60,000 bases of DNA from Schmidtea polychroa (Eukaryota): the NCBI GenBank assembly GCA_044892525.1, contig CM097885.1:32056001-32116000 (forward strand). Direction: 5' to 3'. The notes under the pieces were generated by a model. It worked only from the letters and a program-made list of their open reading frames with translations. It did no database searches and had not been told where the DNA came from. Positions within the stretch are counted from its first letter, which is position 1; every line of letters begins with the position of its first letter. Below, piece after piece: positions 1 through 9,903 of this stretch. A program made the translations under genes and the position numbers.

Positions 1-158
1 ATGTTAACCTTTTTCTACAGTCATTTTCATCACTTTAAAACTAAATTATAAGTTTGTTTATAGATTTTCTTTGTTAAATTTGCATGTCATTTGCATTTAT
101 GTTGCAATTAATAAAGAGAAAAAAACAAATCTGACTAATACATTTATTAAATATAACA

Positions 159-569
159 TTAAAATATTTGTGAAAGTCTAGCAGACATAATTTTCCAAAT
201 AGGAGAATATACATCATTATTATCAACTTTATATCCCTGGATTGCAATTGTTATATACCAATTTTCATTTTCTTTGAAAGCGATTTCATCAAAGGAATCA
301 TAAAATCTTGCATATTTATTGTTGAACCATGCATGTTGATTACACGATAGATTCGAATCTATCCGTTTAAAAACATCATCAATAGTTTTGACATCAATCA
401 TTGAAAGCGTGCCGGATAAGAATTCAAATTTAGTTGGAATTAGCTTGACTGGTGCAACCAATTTCATATTGATTTCTTCTTTCAAAAAATACATTTTGTA
501 GTTGTGGAACATTTGAACTGGTTGTACCATTTCTTTAGGTTTTTCGGTGCTTGAAATTTTCTTGGTCAT
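159..569 (-). CDS. Polinton hypothetical protein, 136 aa; possibly OB-fold ssDNA-binding protein
   Basis: ATG-initiated ORF in the element; beta-strand-rich C-terminus (WYITIAIQGYKV...PIWKI). Function is a guess. Confidence 0.55.
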   Translation of the reverse strand: MTKKISSTEKPKEMVQPVQMFHNYKMYFLKEEINMKLVAPVKLIPTKFEFLSGTLSMIDVKTIDDVFKRIDSNLSCNQHAWFNNKYARFYDSFDEIAFKENENWYITIAIQGYKVDNNDVYSPIWKIMSARLSQIF

Positions 570-917
570 CGTGAATAATGAATAAATTTAAATGTTACAG
601 GGTTTTTATACCTTTGACTCATGCCTATCAACCAATCAGATTATAGCATGTCTTTGTTTAAATTGCATTCAAAATGCATTGATGTTGCATTGTCACATGT
701 TCTATTTACAGATTTATTATTAATGTTTAAATTATTACATGTTTTGATATATGTACAGATTTATTATTAATATGTTTCATTATTATTAATGTTTTTACTA
801 TTATTACTATTCATATTTCTATTACTATTACTATTACTATTATTATTATTATTATTTCAAATATAAAACACAATAAAACACAATAAAAAAGATAAAACAC
901 AATAAAAAATACATTTA

Positions 918-1331
918 TTAATAACCCAAATCTACAATCTTGGAGTAGTGAAACCTTCTCAGAGTTTTCACTAACTCCCATTCGACATATCGCCGATATC
1001 GATCGGCGCAACATGAGCATCCGATGATGCACTGGTACTCTGGCTCCATTTGTTTGATGGTTCTGTTAATCTTTATATCCCACAGAAACTGGTGAAATAC
1101 ATCCATGATTCGAATTTGAGTCGCATAGAATATCAGATCTGGAATGATCTCAGGTTCGCGATCCTTGATAATTTCAATAATTTGAGGATAATAATATTTT
1201 ATCCTTTTTATCATAACTTCTAAATATTTCTCTAAAATAATAAATAGTAAATAATGTGAAAAAAAAATTTTAAATTTACCGGAATCGTCGATATCTTTCA
1301 TGAGGGTTGCAGAGCTTGGTAATTTGTACAT
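918..1331 (-). CDS. Polinton hypothetical protein (~121 aa) with predicted 48-nt intron 1232-1279; Cys cluster CIIGCSCC
   Basis: ATG at 1331; G|GTAAAT donor and TTTTAG|AG acceptor remove an in-frame T-rich stretch. Confidence 0.6.
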   Translation of the reverse strand: MYKLPSSATLMKDIDDSGKFKIFFSHYLLFIILEKYLEVMIKRIKYYYPQIIEIIKDREPEIIPDLIFYATQIRIMDVFHQFLWDIKINRTIKQMEPEYQCIIGCSCCADRYRRYVEWELVKTLRRFHYSKIVDLGY

Positions 1332-1404
1332 AGTGTTGAAAAAATGAATTCTAAACAAAAACCGTTTGTTTAAATCAATCAATAACCAATTAGAAATTAA
1401 CCAA

Positions 1405-1842
1405 TTAGAAATCGACCAATGAAATTATCTCATTTCGAACATTGTCAACAAATTCTCTATACTCCAAATTTCTCAACCCCAACATGACAACCTTTCCACT
1501 AGCAAACACGTTGACACATATAGGGTTATATTTTAATAGTCTTAGTGCCGGAAACAATTCCGGTTCAAACATACAATCACATTTTTTCGACATGTTATAT
1601 AGATTGATACTATGTCCCATATCCATAGTAACGGTAATTGATTGGATTTTAATATTATTTATTCGATATTGTAATTTATTAATATCCAAAGGTTTCTTAC
1701 ATCCCATGATTCTGCATTTACCAGTCTTGAAAAATATTATCGGATATTTCCCACTTCTATCGATAATTTGCTGGGGTTTCCCTGGTGGGAACCTCATATT
1801 CGATACATCAAAATTTCCTCGATAATTTATATTTGCTAACAT
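1405..1842 (-). CDS. TATA-box-binding protein (TBP)-like protein, 145 aa
   Basis: Second repeat IKIQSI...FEPELFPAL...VNVFASGKVVMLG matches TBP FKIQNM...YEPELFPGL...LIFVSGKVVLTG; first repeat keeps IIFFKTGKCRIMG. Confidence 0.85.
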   Translation of the reverse strand: MLANINYRGNFDVSNMRFPPGKPQQIIDRSGKYPIIFFKTGKCRIMGCKKPLDINKLQYRINNIKIQSITVTMDMGHSINLYNMSKKCDCMFEPELFPALRLLKYNPICVNVFASGKVVMLGLRNLEYREFVDNVRNEIISLVDF

Positions 1843-1941
1843 TATTAAATCATTTATGAAAATTAGTCTTTATATACAAATTGAGCACGAGTTCATTAAA
1901 TCATCGAATATAAACAAATACACATTTATAAAATATTTGAA

Positions 1942-2568
1942 ATGGAATTAAGAAATGATGCTGTATACCAAATCGTTGGTCCGAGTGGTAGTGGAAAAAC
2001 ATTATTTGTTTGTAAATTACTAAAATCCAATTTATTCAAATCAAAATTCAACAGGATTTATTGGCATAGGGGTGCTGATGAAGAACATGGATTAACTCAA
2101 TCAAGTTTCTGTAAATTAAAAAACATGAAAATAGTAAAGGGATTCGATAAAAACTGGTCCAGCCGATTAAAGAAAGGCGATGTCATTATTATCGATGATT
2201 TGTATCAAGAAGCTAATAAAGAAAAAGATTTTAATAATTTATTTACAAAGATTAGCAGACATGTCGGTGTAACAGTTATTTTCATAACTCAAAATCTATT
2301 TCATCAAGGTGGGGCACATCGAACACGTAATTTAAATGTACAATATTTAGTCATTTTCAAGAATCCTAGAGATGCAACAGTGATTGATTTTCTTGCACGT
2401 CAAGCATACCCTAACAATCGTAATTTTCTTATCAGTGCATTTCAAGATGCTACAAAAATACCTCATGGATATATATTTCTTGATTTCACACAACAATGTC
2501 CCGATGATTTACGTGTAAAAACAGATATTTTCAACCCAAAAGGTGCCATGGTTTATAAACAAAGTTGA
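1942..2568 (+). CDS. DNA packaging ATPase (A32/FtsK-HerA type)
   Basis: Walker A GPSGSGKT, Walker B IIIDD, SRH...FITQNLF, FKNPRD motifs. Confidence 0.93.
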   Translation: MELRNDAVYQIVGPSGSGKTLFVCKLLKSNLFKSKFNRIYWHRGADEEHGLTQSSFCKLKNMKIVKGFDKNWSSRLKKGDVIIIDDLYQEANKEKDFNNLFTKISRHVGVTVIFITQNLFHQGGAHRTRNLNVQYLVIFKNPRDATVIDFLARQAYPNNRNFLISAFQDATKIPHGYIFLDFTQQCPDDLRVKTDIFNPKGAMVYKQS

Positions 2569-2586
2569 AAACCTCTATGAATAATA

Positions 2587-3120
2587 ATGTTTCTAAAAGC
2601 AAGGGTGAAAAATATTAGGAAATTAAGAAAAGGTATTAGAAAGACTATTAAAGTTCCAAAGGTTCCACCAACAACTAGTTATACACCATCTAAAAAACTT
2701 GTAACTGAAAATTTCTCTGCAATGAATCTTATTTCGAAAAATCCTAAACCTAAACGTAAAACCCGTAAAACCCGTAAAACCGGTAAAAAAGTAGTTAAAA
2801 ATCATCGCAGTTTTCCATTTTTTAATGCATTGTTAAAGGCTCCGAGTATGAAAAGAATGAATATATTGCAATCATTCCCAAATTTTGTTGTCGATGATTT
2901 ACTCAATATTATACTTAAAGTAGTCAAAGGCAAAATTAAAATCAGTAAATCAAAAAAGCATTTATTGAGCAAACATAGGAAACCTTTATTATCTTTAGTA
3001 AATAATAAAAATCGTAAGCAAATGAGGAAAATTATATATAAACAACAAGGTGGATTTATTGGTGCCTTGATACCTCTGGCATTATCATTATTAGGTGGAG
3101 TTGTAGGAAATCAATCATAA
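2587..3120 (+). CDS. Basic virion core protein precursor with adenovirus pX-like C-terminus
   Basis: Very K/R-rich; ends QQGGFIGALIPLAL, similar to adenoviral pX GGFLPALIP and an adenain-type cleavage site. Confidence 0.7.
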   Translation: MFLKARVKNIRKLRKGIRKTIKVPKVPPTTSYTPSKKLVTENFSAMNLISKNPKPKRKTRKTRKTGKKVVKNHRSFPFFNALLKAPSMKRMNILQSFPNFVVDDLLNIILKVVKGKIKISKSKKHLLSKHRKPLLSLVNNKNRKQMRKIIYKQQGGFIGALIPLALSLLGGVVGNQS

Positions 3121-3123
3121 ACA

Positions 3124-3351
3124 ATGGGTGCTAATCCTTCATTGCCCGACATTAAATTTAATTTTAAATCTTCTTGTTGTAATGGAGAAGATTTGGACGA
3201 ACCCAGAAGACGAAGCCGGTTTCGGTGGAGTGGCAAAATTAAACAAAAGAGTTCCGAATTCGAAAAAAGAAACCCAGAAGTGGTTATCAGATCAGCTTGC
3301 GTACAGTTTGAACAAACCAATGCGGAAAAGATTTCCAACAAGAGCGTATAA
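3124..3351 (+). CDS. Small putative N-myristoylated protein overlapping the integrase start in another frame
   Basis: ATG 3 nt after upstream stop, good context (ACAATGG), MGANPS motif, SSCC pair. Confidence 0.5.
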   Translation: MGANPSLPDIKFNFKSSCCNGEDLDEPRRRSRFRWSGKIKQKSSEFEKRNPEVVIRSACVQFEQTNAEKISNKSV

Positions 3352-3569
3352 AACATTTGGTATTGACGATTTATGGCAAATGGATTTGATGGAGATGATA
3401 CCATATTCGAAAATTAACAATGGGAATAAATATATTTTAACATGTATTAATGTATACAGCAGGTTTGCACGAGCAATACCAGTCAAGGCAAAATCTGCAG
3501 AAGAAATGTCCAAGGCAATTAATATTTTATTTAAAGATGGACATCCTAATAATTTGCAAACAGATTTAG

Positions 3570-3646
<77 letters not shown>

Positions 3647-4276
3647 TTAGGTAAAGAATTCTACAATAGCAAAGTTAAGCAAATCCTCGATAAACTGAAA
3701 ATAAATCACTACTCGGTACATTCTCAATACAAAGCTGCCCATGTTGAAAGATTTAATCGAACATTGAGAGATAGATTAAAGAAATTGTTCGTGCATCAAG
3801 GTAATAAAAAATGGGTAAATGCTTTACCGAAAATAATAACAAGTTATAATCATTCATCACATCGAGGACTGAATGGATTGAGACCGGTTGATATTACATC
3901 AAAAACACCATTATCTAAAAAATCTGTAAAAATTGCAAAACCTAAATATAAAGTCGGTGACCATGTTAGAATTAGTAAAATTAGTGCATCACCATTTATT
4001 AAAAATTTTGATACAAATTGGAGTGATGAAGTCTTTGTAATTTCAAAAATAAATACTAAACAGAATCCTGTAATGTATGTCATCAAAGACAATGATAATA
4101 ATATTGTACAGGGGAAATTTTATGAGCAGGAATTACAAGTCATTCCTCCCCCAAAAGTATTTAGAATTCAAAAAATATTGAAAACTAAAAAGGTCGGTAA
4201 GGATAAACAATACTATATCAAATGGCACGGTTATCAAAACCCGTCATGGATATCGTCAAAAGACCTAGTAAAATGA
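3182..4276 (+). CDS. Retroviral-type DDE integrase with C-terminal chromodomain; intron 3570-3650
   Basis: WQMDL, QTDLGKEF (restored on splicing), VERFNRTL, YYIKWHGY...SWI; ATG at 3182. Confidence 0.93.
3570..3650 (+). other. 81-nt GT-AG intron made of (ATT)n microsatellite
   Basis: TTAG|GTATT(ATT)n TTAG|GTAAA; removal deletes the poly-Ile tract and restores DLGKEF. Confidence 0.85.
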
Positions 4277-5277
4277 ATTTTTATATTATTTTACCTAGCA
4301 ATAGCTGTCCACTTATTCATCCAGATAATAAAGCCAGCAAATTCAGGGTCAATCTTCAAAATCCGATATATTTGGATAATAGCTGGGAAGTTGCTCTGTT
4401 GGATTTTACATTTGTATACCAAGCCTTTCCATTTTATAGTAAGGCTAAAATTGGATACAAAAAGAATGAGTGGCAGGATAGATTATTGTCTATGATCATT
4501 GATAATGCAGATGATGAAGTTCGGTTGTCTAACTCAACTGATCCAGCTGTGAAAATGTATATTAACCATTCATATATAGTAGTTGAATGTAAACATTATC
4601 CTTTTACTGTAAAATTTGATAGTTTGGAAATGGCAAAACGATTGGAATTAAAAACCCAAAGTCATAAAGTTCTTTCCGATAAATTCACTATGCTACGACC
4701 GGGATATTCCAAAACTGTACAGCGATTTGAACCAATTTTATTTACAGTTTCATATCCGGGTATAACGTCTGGTACATTTGAGTTCAAAGATAATTTATAC
4801 ATTTCGAAATTGGATGAATTACAGACATATTTAAAACAAAGTGGTTTATTTAAATCATTGGAAATATCAGACAGATTCAAATTCAGTTTGAATCCCGAAT
4901 TTACTGAAATTACTTTTGATGCAAATCTAATAAAAACATTAGGATTATCAAAAGCAACATATGCTCAAGATGATCAAGGTACCCTAGCTCCGAAAATAAT
5001 TAAACTTCACCAACAAATGTTCATCTATAGTAATATTGTTGATCCTGTAATTGTTGGCGATTCTTTGGTCCCACTCCTGAAATCTGTTTGGATTGAAAAA
5101 TATGAACATGATGAAGTAGTCAATATAAATATCGATAATCCCATGTATTTACCTGTGTCAACCTCATGTATAAACAATATAGAAATAAATATACGTGATG
5201 ATTCTGGTAAATTAATCGCATTTCCAAAAGATTCAAAAACTCATTTAACATTACATTTTCGTAAAGTAGATGGCTAA
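4273..5277 (+). CDS. Minor capsid protein (penton-like)
   Basis: MNFYIILPSNS...DNKASKFRVNL...WEVAL start and MFIYSNIV...VGDSLVPLL...IRDDSG...LTLHFRK end; ATGA overlap with integrase stop. Confidence 0.85.
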   Translation: MNFYIILPSNSCPLIHPDNKASKFRVNLQNPIYLDNSWEVALLDFTFVYQAFPFYSKAKIGYKKNEWQDRLLSMIIDNADDEVRLSNSTDPAVKMYINHSYIVVECKHYPFTVKFDSLEMAKRLELKTQSHKVLSDKFTMLRPGYSKTVQRFEPILFTVSYPGITSGTFEFKDNLYISKLDELQTYLKQSGLFKSLEISDRFKFSLNPEFTEITFDANLIKTLGLSKATYAQDDQGTLAPKIIKLHQQMFIYSNIVDPVIVGDSLVPLLKSVWIEKYEHDEVVNINIDNPMYLPVSTSCINNIEINIRDDSGKLIAFPKDSKTHLTLHFRKVDG

Positions 5278-5635
5278 TTCGGATATTATAAGTATGTATA
5301 GTGGTAGCCAATCTGGCGGTGAATTACCATATTTTATTGGTAAACAGTACGGATCAGGATGGTTGAGAACAATTGGTAGATTTGCACTTCCTATTCTTAA
5401 ACGTATTGGTAGTTTTGGTATGAAAACTGCTAAAGATGTTATTATGAATGAACAGAAAATATTACCATCTCTAAAATCAAATGCTTTAGCAGAATTAGGG
5501 AAAGTTTTACCCGGGGTTGCAGGTATGTTTCAAAAACCAGCTCCAGCTCCAGCTCATGCTCCAAAACGTAAAAGACATGGAATATCACGTATAAACAAAC
5601 GAATGAAAGGCCATGGAACTATATTTGCAAAATGA
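5270..5635 (+). CDS. Small structural protein, pVI-like (cleavage motif plus amphipathic helix)
   Basis: QYGSG followed by WLRTIGRFALPILKRIG; basic C-terminus; lies between the capsid genes. Confidence 0.7.
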   Translation: MANSDIISMYSGSQSGGELPYFIGKQYGSGWLRTIGRFALPILKRIGSFGMKTAKDVIMNEQKILPSLKSNALAELGKVLPGVAGMFQKPAPAPAHAPKRKRHGISRINKRMKGHGTIFAK

Positions 5636-6854
5636 TTTGTGGTAAATCTGAATTATGTATATTTGATAGACCGTCGCCCCAGGCTGTAATAGAATTTGGG
5701 GCGTTTGAGGAAGTTTTTCCAATGAATTCAATTACTGATAGTAGAAATGATATAGAGTTTTATATTAATGGTTCGCAAACTGAATATTTAGATTTGAACG
5801 ATACTTTATTGACTGTTCAGATCAAGGTTATAGATAAAGATAAAAAAGCTTTGGGTGATGCTGCTGATGCAATACCGAACAATTTCATGTTTCATACTCT
5901 TTTTAAAGATGCTGTGTTGGGATTTAATAATATCAAGATTGAAGGTGGTAATAATACATTCATTCACAAGGCTTTGATAGAAACTATTTTAAATTACAAT
6001 TCCGATACTAAAAATACATGTCTTACTCCAATGGGATATGCTGCAACCGACGATGAAAGAAAAAAGTGGATTAAAGGCTCAAAAACATTCACCATGTGTT
6101 CATCGTTACAACTCGATTTTATGGATCAACCGAAATATTTGCTTCCAGGAGTTAATGTCCACATTCGATTGAAAAGATCCGATTCTGCACTAACTCTTAC
6201 TAGTGCTACAGGTGCACCAATATGTCAATTAGTTGATGCAAAATTATTGGTGAGAAGAGTTCGAGTAGACCCCTCAGTATTAGCTGGTCATCAATTGGGT
6301 CTTAATTCAAAACATGCAATTTATCCATTAAAACAAAGGAAATTGTACAATTTGCTATTGCTAAAGGTGCTTCATCATTCTATAAAGAACAAATATTTGG
6401 TGACAGAAGAATGCCTAATTTTATTCTGATAACATTTCAAAGTGAAGCACAATATAATGGATCATATACTGCGTCCAGCTCAATTTTCAAAAACTTTGGT
6501 GTTACATCATTGACTTTGTCGAAAAATACTGATTATAGAGAAACATATATTCAAGATTTCGAGAATGACAATTACTGCGCGACATATATGCAGAGTATTG
6601 TTAGAAATCTCGGTTATTTAGATAAAAATTTGAATTGCGGAATAACACTAGAAGAATTTAAAAGCAAATACCCATTTTTTACATTTGTTTTAGCCCCTGA
6701 TTTTGATTTAAATCAAAGTCAATTACCTCAAAATGGAAATTTACGACTGGATATAAAGTTTGCAAAAGCTATTACTGAACCAGTACATGTTATAATATAT
6801 GGAGTATTTGAAAATGAAGTTCAAATTACTGCAAATAGAACAGTGTTGGTATAA
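5632..6854 (+). CDS. Major capsid protein (double jelly-roll) split by one frameshift at A-run 6330-6333
   Basis: KSELCIF, IEFYI...YLDLNDT, QPKYLLPGV, GNLRLDIKF...VIIYG motifs; adding one A joins the two ORFs (YPLKTKEIVQFAI...RRMPNF). Confidence 0.88.
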
Positions 6855-7266
6855 ATGTATACAGAAACACAAAAAGTTATCATGGAGTAAGTTGTTTTTT
6901 ATACTCTGGATTTATTTAAATAGTTCTGTTCAGGTCAATAAAATCGGAAAACAGATATTGGGAAATGAATTTGTTGGAGTTTTTCCTCTTGATAAAATTC
7001 CATATTTGAGCAATAATCAAGCAATAATCGTCAATACTCAATCGTCTCATCTTGGTGGAGAACATTGGATAGCTATATATGTGAAACCTGGTAATATATT
7101 CGTGTTCGATCCTATGGGTTTCTATTACCCAGCTTTGTTGATATCAAAACTACAAACAATGGGAAAACCTATTGTGTATAATAAAACTATGTTTCAAAAT
7201 CCTTTGACCCAAACATGCGGTCAACATTGTTTAGCTTGGTTATTGTACAAAAAATTTGATGTTTAA
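6855..7266 (+). CDS. Adenain-like cysteine protease; predicted 37-nt intron 6887-6923
   Basis: Catalytic GEHW, FDPMG, Q...CGQHC; ATGGA|GTAAGT...AAATAG|T gives MDSVQVNKI in frame. Confidence 0.88.
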
Positions 7267-7324
7267 AGAAAAAAAATGTTTAATAAATTTGATGTTTAAT
7301 AAATGTATCCTTTCCTTTGTTGTT

Positions 7325-7358
7325 GTGTTATTATTATTAATATTATTATTATTATTAA

Positions 7359-7407
<49 letters not shown>

Positions 7408-7485
7408 ATTATTAATATTATTATTATTGTGAAAAATATTATTATTTTTAATTAATTTTATTATTATTCTAATAAATATTATTAT
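7325..7485. repeat. (ATT)n-rich low-complexity tract
   Basis: Direct reading. Confidence 0.9.
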
Positions 7486-7769
7486 TTGTAACATAAAGAC
7501 TGCCTTTGCATGAGGCATGCACAGTGCAAGTTAACAAAGGCATGACTAACAAAGGCAGTCACATGTAATTCTGACTGATTTACATTACATACATGCATGC
7601 GTGTGATTGGTTGAGAGAGTAAAATATTCAATGTATATGTGTGTGTGTCTATATTCTCATTGGCTGGGACAGGAAAATATTCATTCTCTTTATAAACATT
7701 GACAAATCTAAAATTTGTCACAATTATTTCAAAATTTTTCAAATTTCAATTTCAATTTTAAAAATCTAA

Positions 7770-8441
7770 ATGGCTAACAATAATAAAAATGGAATTCTAA
7801 GAAATCTTTTGACGACAATGGGTAATTTATTTTATTTTATTTTATTATATTTTATTTTATTATTTTAGAACCATTCGATTGGTACGATGTAACGGAAGAT
7901 GACTCGATATTAACAGTGGATAAGATCTTCGGTAAATTTATTATTATAATTTTTAATAAATTAATTTTTTTTCAATTCAGAAAATGCTTCAAATAGCGAC
8001 GATGATGTCGTCTTTATCGGGGAAAGTAATGCTCCTAATAAGATCTTTGGTAAATTTATTATTATTTTTTTATTAAATTATTTTTTTTTTCAATTCAGAA
8101 AATGTTTACAATAGCGACGATGATGTCGTCTTTATTGGGCAAACTGATGCCCCTAATTATGCCCCTAATTATGCCCCAGTTCTCAAAGAAAAAAGTAAAT
8201 TTTATTATTATTTCTATTAAATTAATTTTCATTTCAGAAAATGTTTTAAATGTTGATATTGACGAAGAAGAAATTAATGTCCTCGCATCGGATGATGGTG
8301 AAATCTGTGAGAATGATGGGCAAATCTCATCGGATGATGATCAAATCTCAGAGAATGATGGGCAAATCTCATCGGATGATGATCAAATCTCAGAGAATGA
8401 TGGGCAAATCTCTGAGAATGATTCCGACATGGAATCAAAAT
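7770..8441 (+). CDS. Multi-exon acidic protein with repeated SIM-like motifs (exons ~7770-7821, 7869-7931, 7981-8048, 8099-8194, 8238-8441; 3' end unresolved)
   Basis: Four phase-1 GT-AG introns give a continuous MANNNKNG...EPFDWYD...SDDDVVFIGE...SDDDVVFIGQ...EEEINVLASDD...; further donor GTAAG at 8442. Confidence 0.7.
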
Positions 8442-8549
8442 GTAAGAAATATTTATTTTTATATATATATTTTGTTTTTTATTTATATGTTAAATTTGTA
8501 ATAACTTATTTAAATATTTTGATAAAAAACTTTTTTAAATATTTTAATA

Positions 8550-8870
8550 AAAATTATGATGAAACTTCTGAAGAAAATGATTTTATGATTTATAATGAAA
8601 ATATACCGAAAAATTATGAAGAAAAATGATTATATGTTTTATAAAGAAAATGATGAAAATATGACGAAAATTATGATGAAGAAAATTATGAATTTATGAT
8701 GAAGAAAATAGGATGAAAATCAATTATGATGAAAATGATTTACAACCAAAATTATGATGAAAATGATTTATGATGATATAATGAAAATGAATTATGATGA
8801 AAATTATTTATACCGAAAATTATGAATTTATGATGAAAATGATTTATGACCAAAATTATGATGAAAATGA
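8550..8870. repeat. Degenerate tandem repeat (AAAATTATGATGAAAATGATTTAT-like)
   Basis: Direct reading. Confidence 0.7.
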
Positions 8871-9044
8871 TTATACTAAGTTTCTGAAAGTTATTATTAT
8901 CAAAATATTTAAAAAGTGATTACAAATTATGGTTATAAATCCTTGTAGTTTGCAATGTGCATCTACAATAGTTAAAATAATAATAATAATAATATTAATA
9001 ATAATAATAATAATAATATTAATAATAATAATAATAATAATAAT

Positions 9045-9594
9045 GTAGTCTACAGTGAGCATGTAGCTACATAGTAGTCTGCAGTGAGCATGCAGCTACT
9101 TTTCTTTTATATAATAATAATAATATATAAATAATAATTAGACCCCGTCTACAGTAGTTTGCAGTAAGCATGCAGCTACATAGTAGTCTGCAGTGAGCAT
9201 GCAGCTACTTTTCTTTTATATAATAATAATAATATAAATAATAATAATAATAATATAAATAATAATAATAATAATATATAAATAATAATATAAATAATAA
9301 TAATAATATATAAATAATAATCAGACCCTGTCTACAGTAGTTTGCAGTAAGCATGCAGCTACATAGTAGTCTGCAGTGAGCATGCAGCTACTTTTCTTTT
9401 ATATAATAATAATAATAATAATAATATAAATAATAATAATAATAATAATATAAATAATAATAATAATAATATATAAATAATAATATAAATAATAATAATA
9501 ATATATAAATAATAATCAGACCCTGTCTACAGTAGTTTGCAGTAAGCATGCAGCTACATAGTAGTCTGCAGTGAGCATGCAGCTACTTTTCTTT

Positions 9595-9636
<42 letters not shown>

Positions 9637-9662
9637 TATAAATAATAATCAGACCCCGTCTA
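9045..9662. repeat. Array of paired palindromic TAGTCTGCAGTGAGCATGCAGCTA-type units separated by (AAT)n
   Basis: Four higher-order repeats, eight palindrome units including variants. Confidence 0.9.
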
Positions 9663-9903
9663 CTAAAATCTCTCTAATATTCTATCGAATATATTAACCT
9701 ATTTTCTATAATGATTTATCATCATTTGTTATTTAATTCAAATGAACTATATAACAAATGATGATAAATCCTTGTAGAAGTAACAATTAGTTTTCTATAT
9801 AGAAAAAAAAACAATAAAATTTTAATTTTATTATTTAACAGGTATACTATACCCGAACTATTGTCAAACATCAATTGGACATAGTGATAAATGTCATAGA
9901 ACA

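Noticed and set aside
8102..8629. 175-aa ORF from the track
   Set aside because: Mixes an off-frame exon, intron and one true exon; the spliced model explains it better.
9045..9662. CRISPR-like array of palindromic repeats
   Set aside because: Spacers are (AAT)n, not unique; eukaryotic context; no cas genes.
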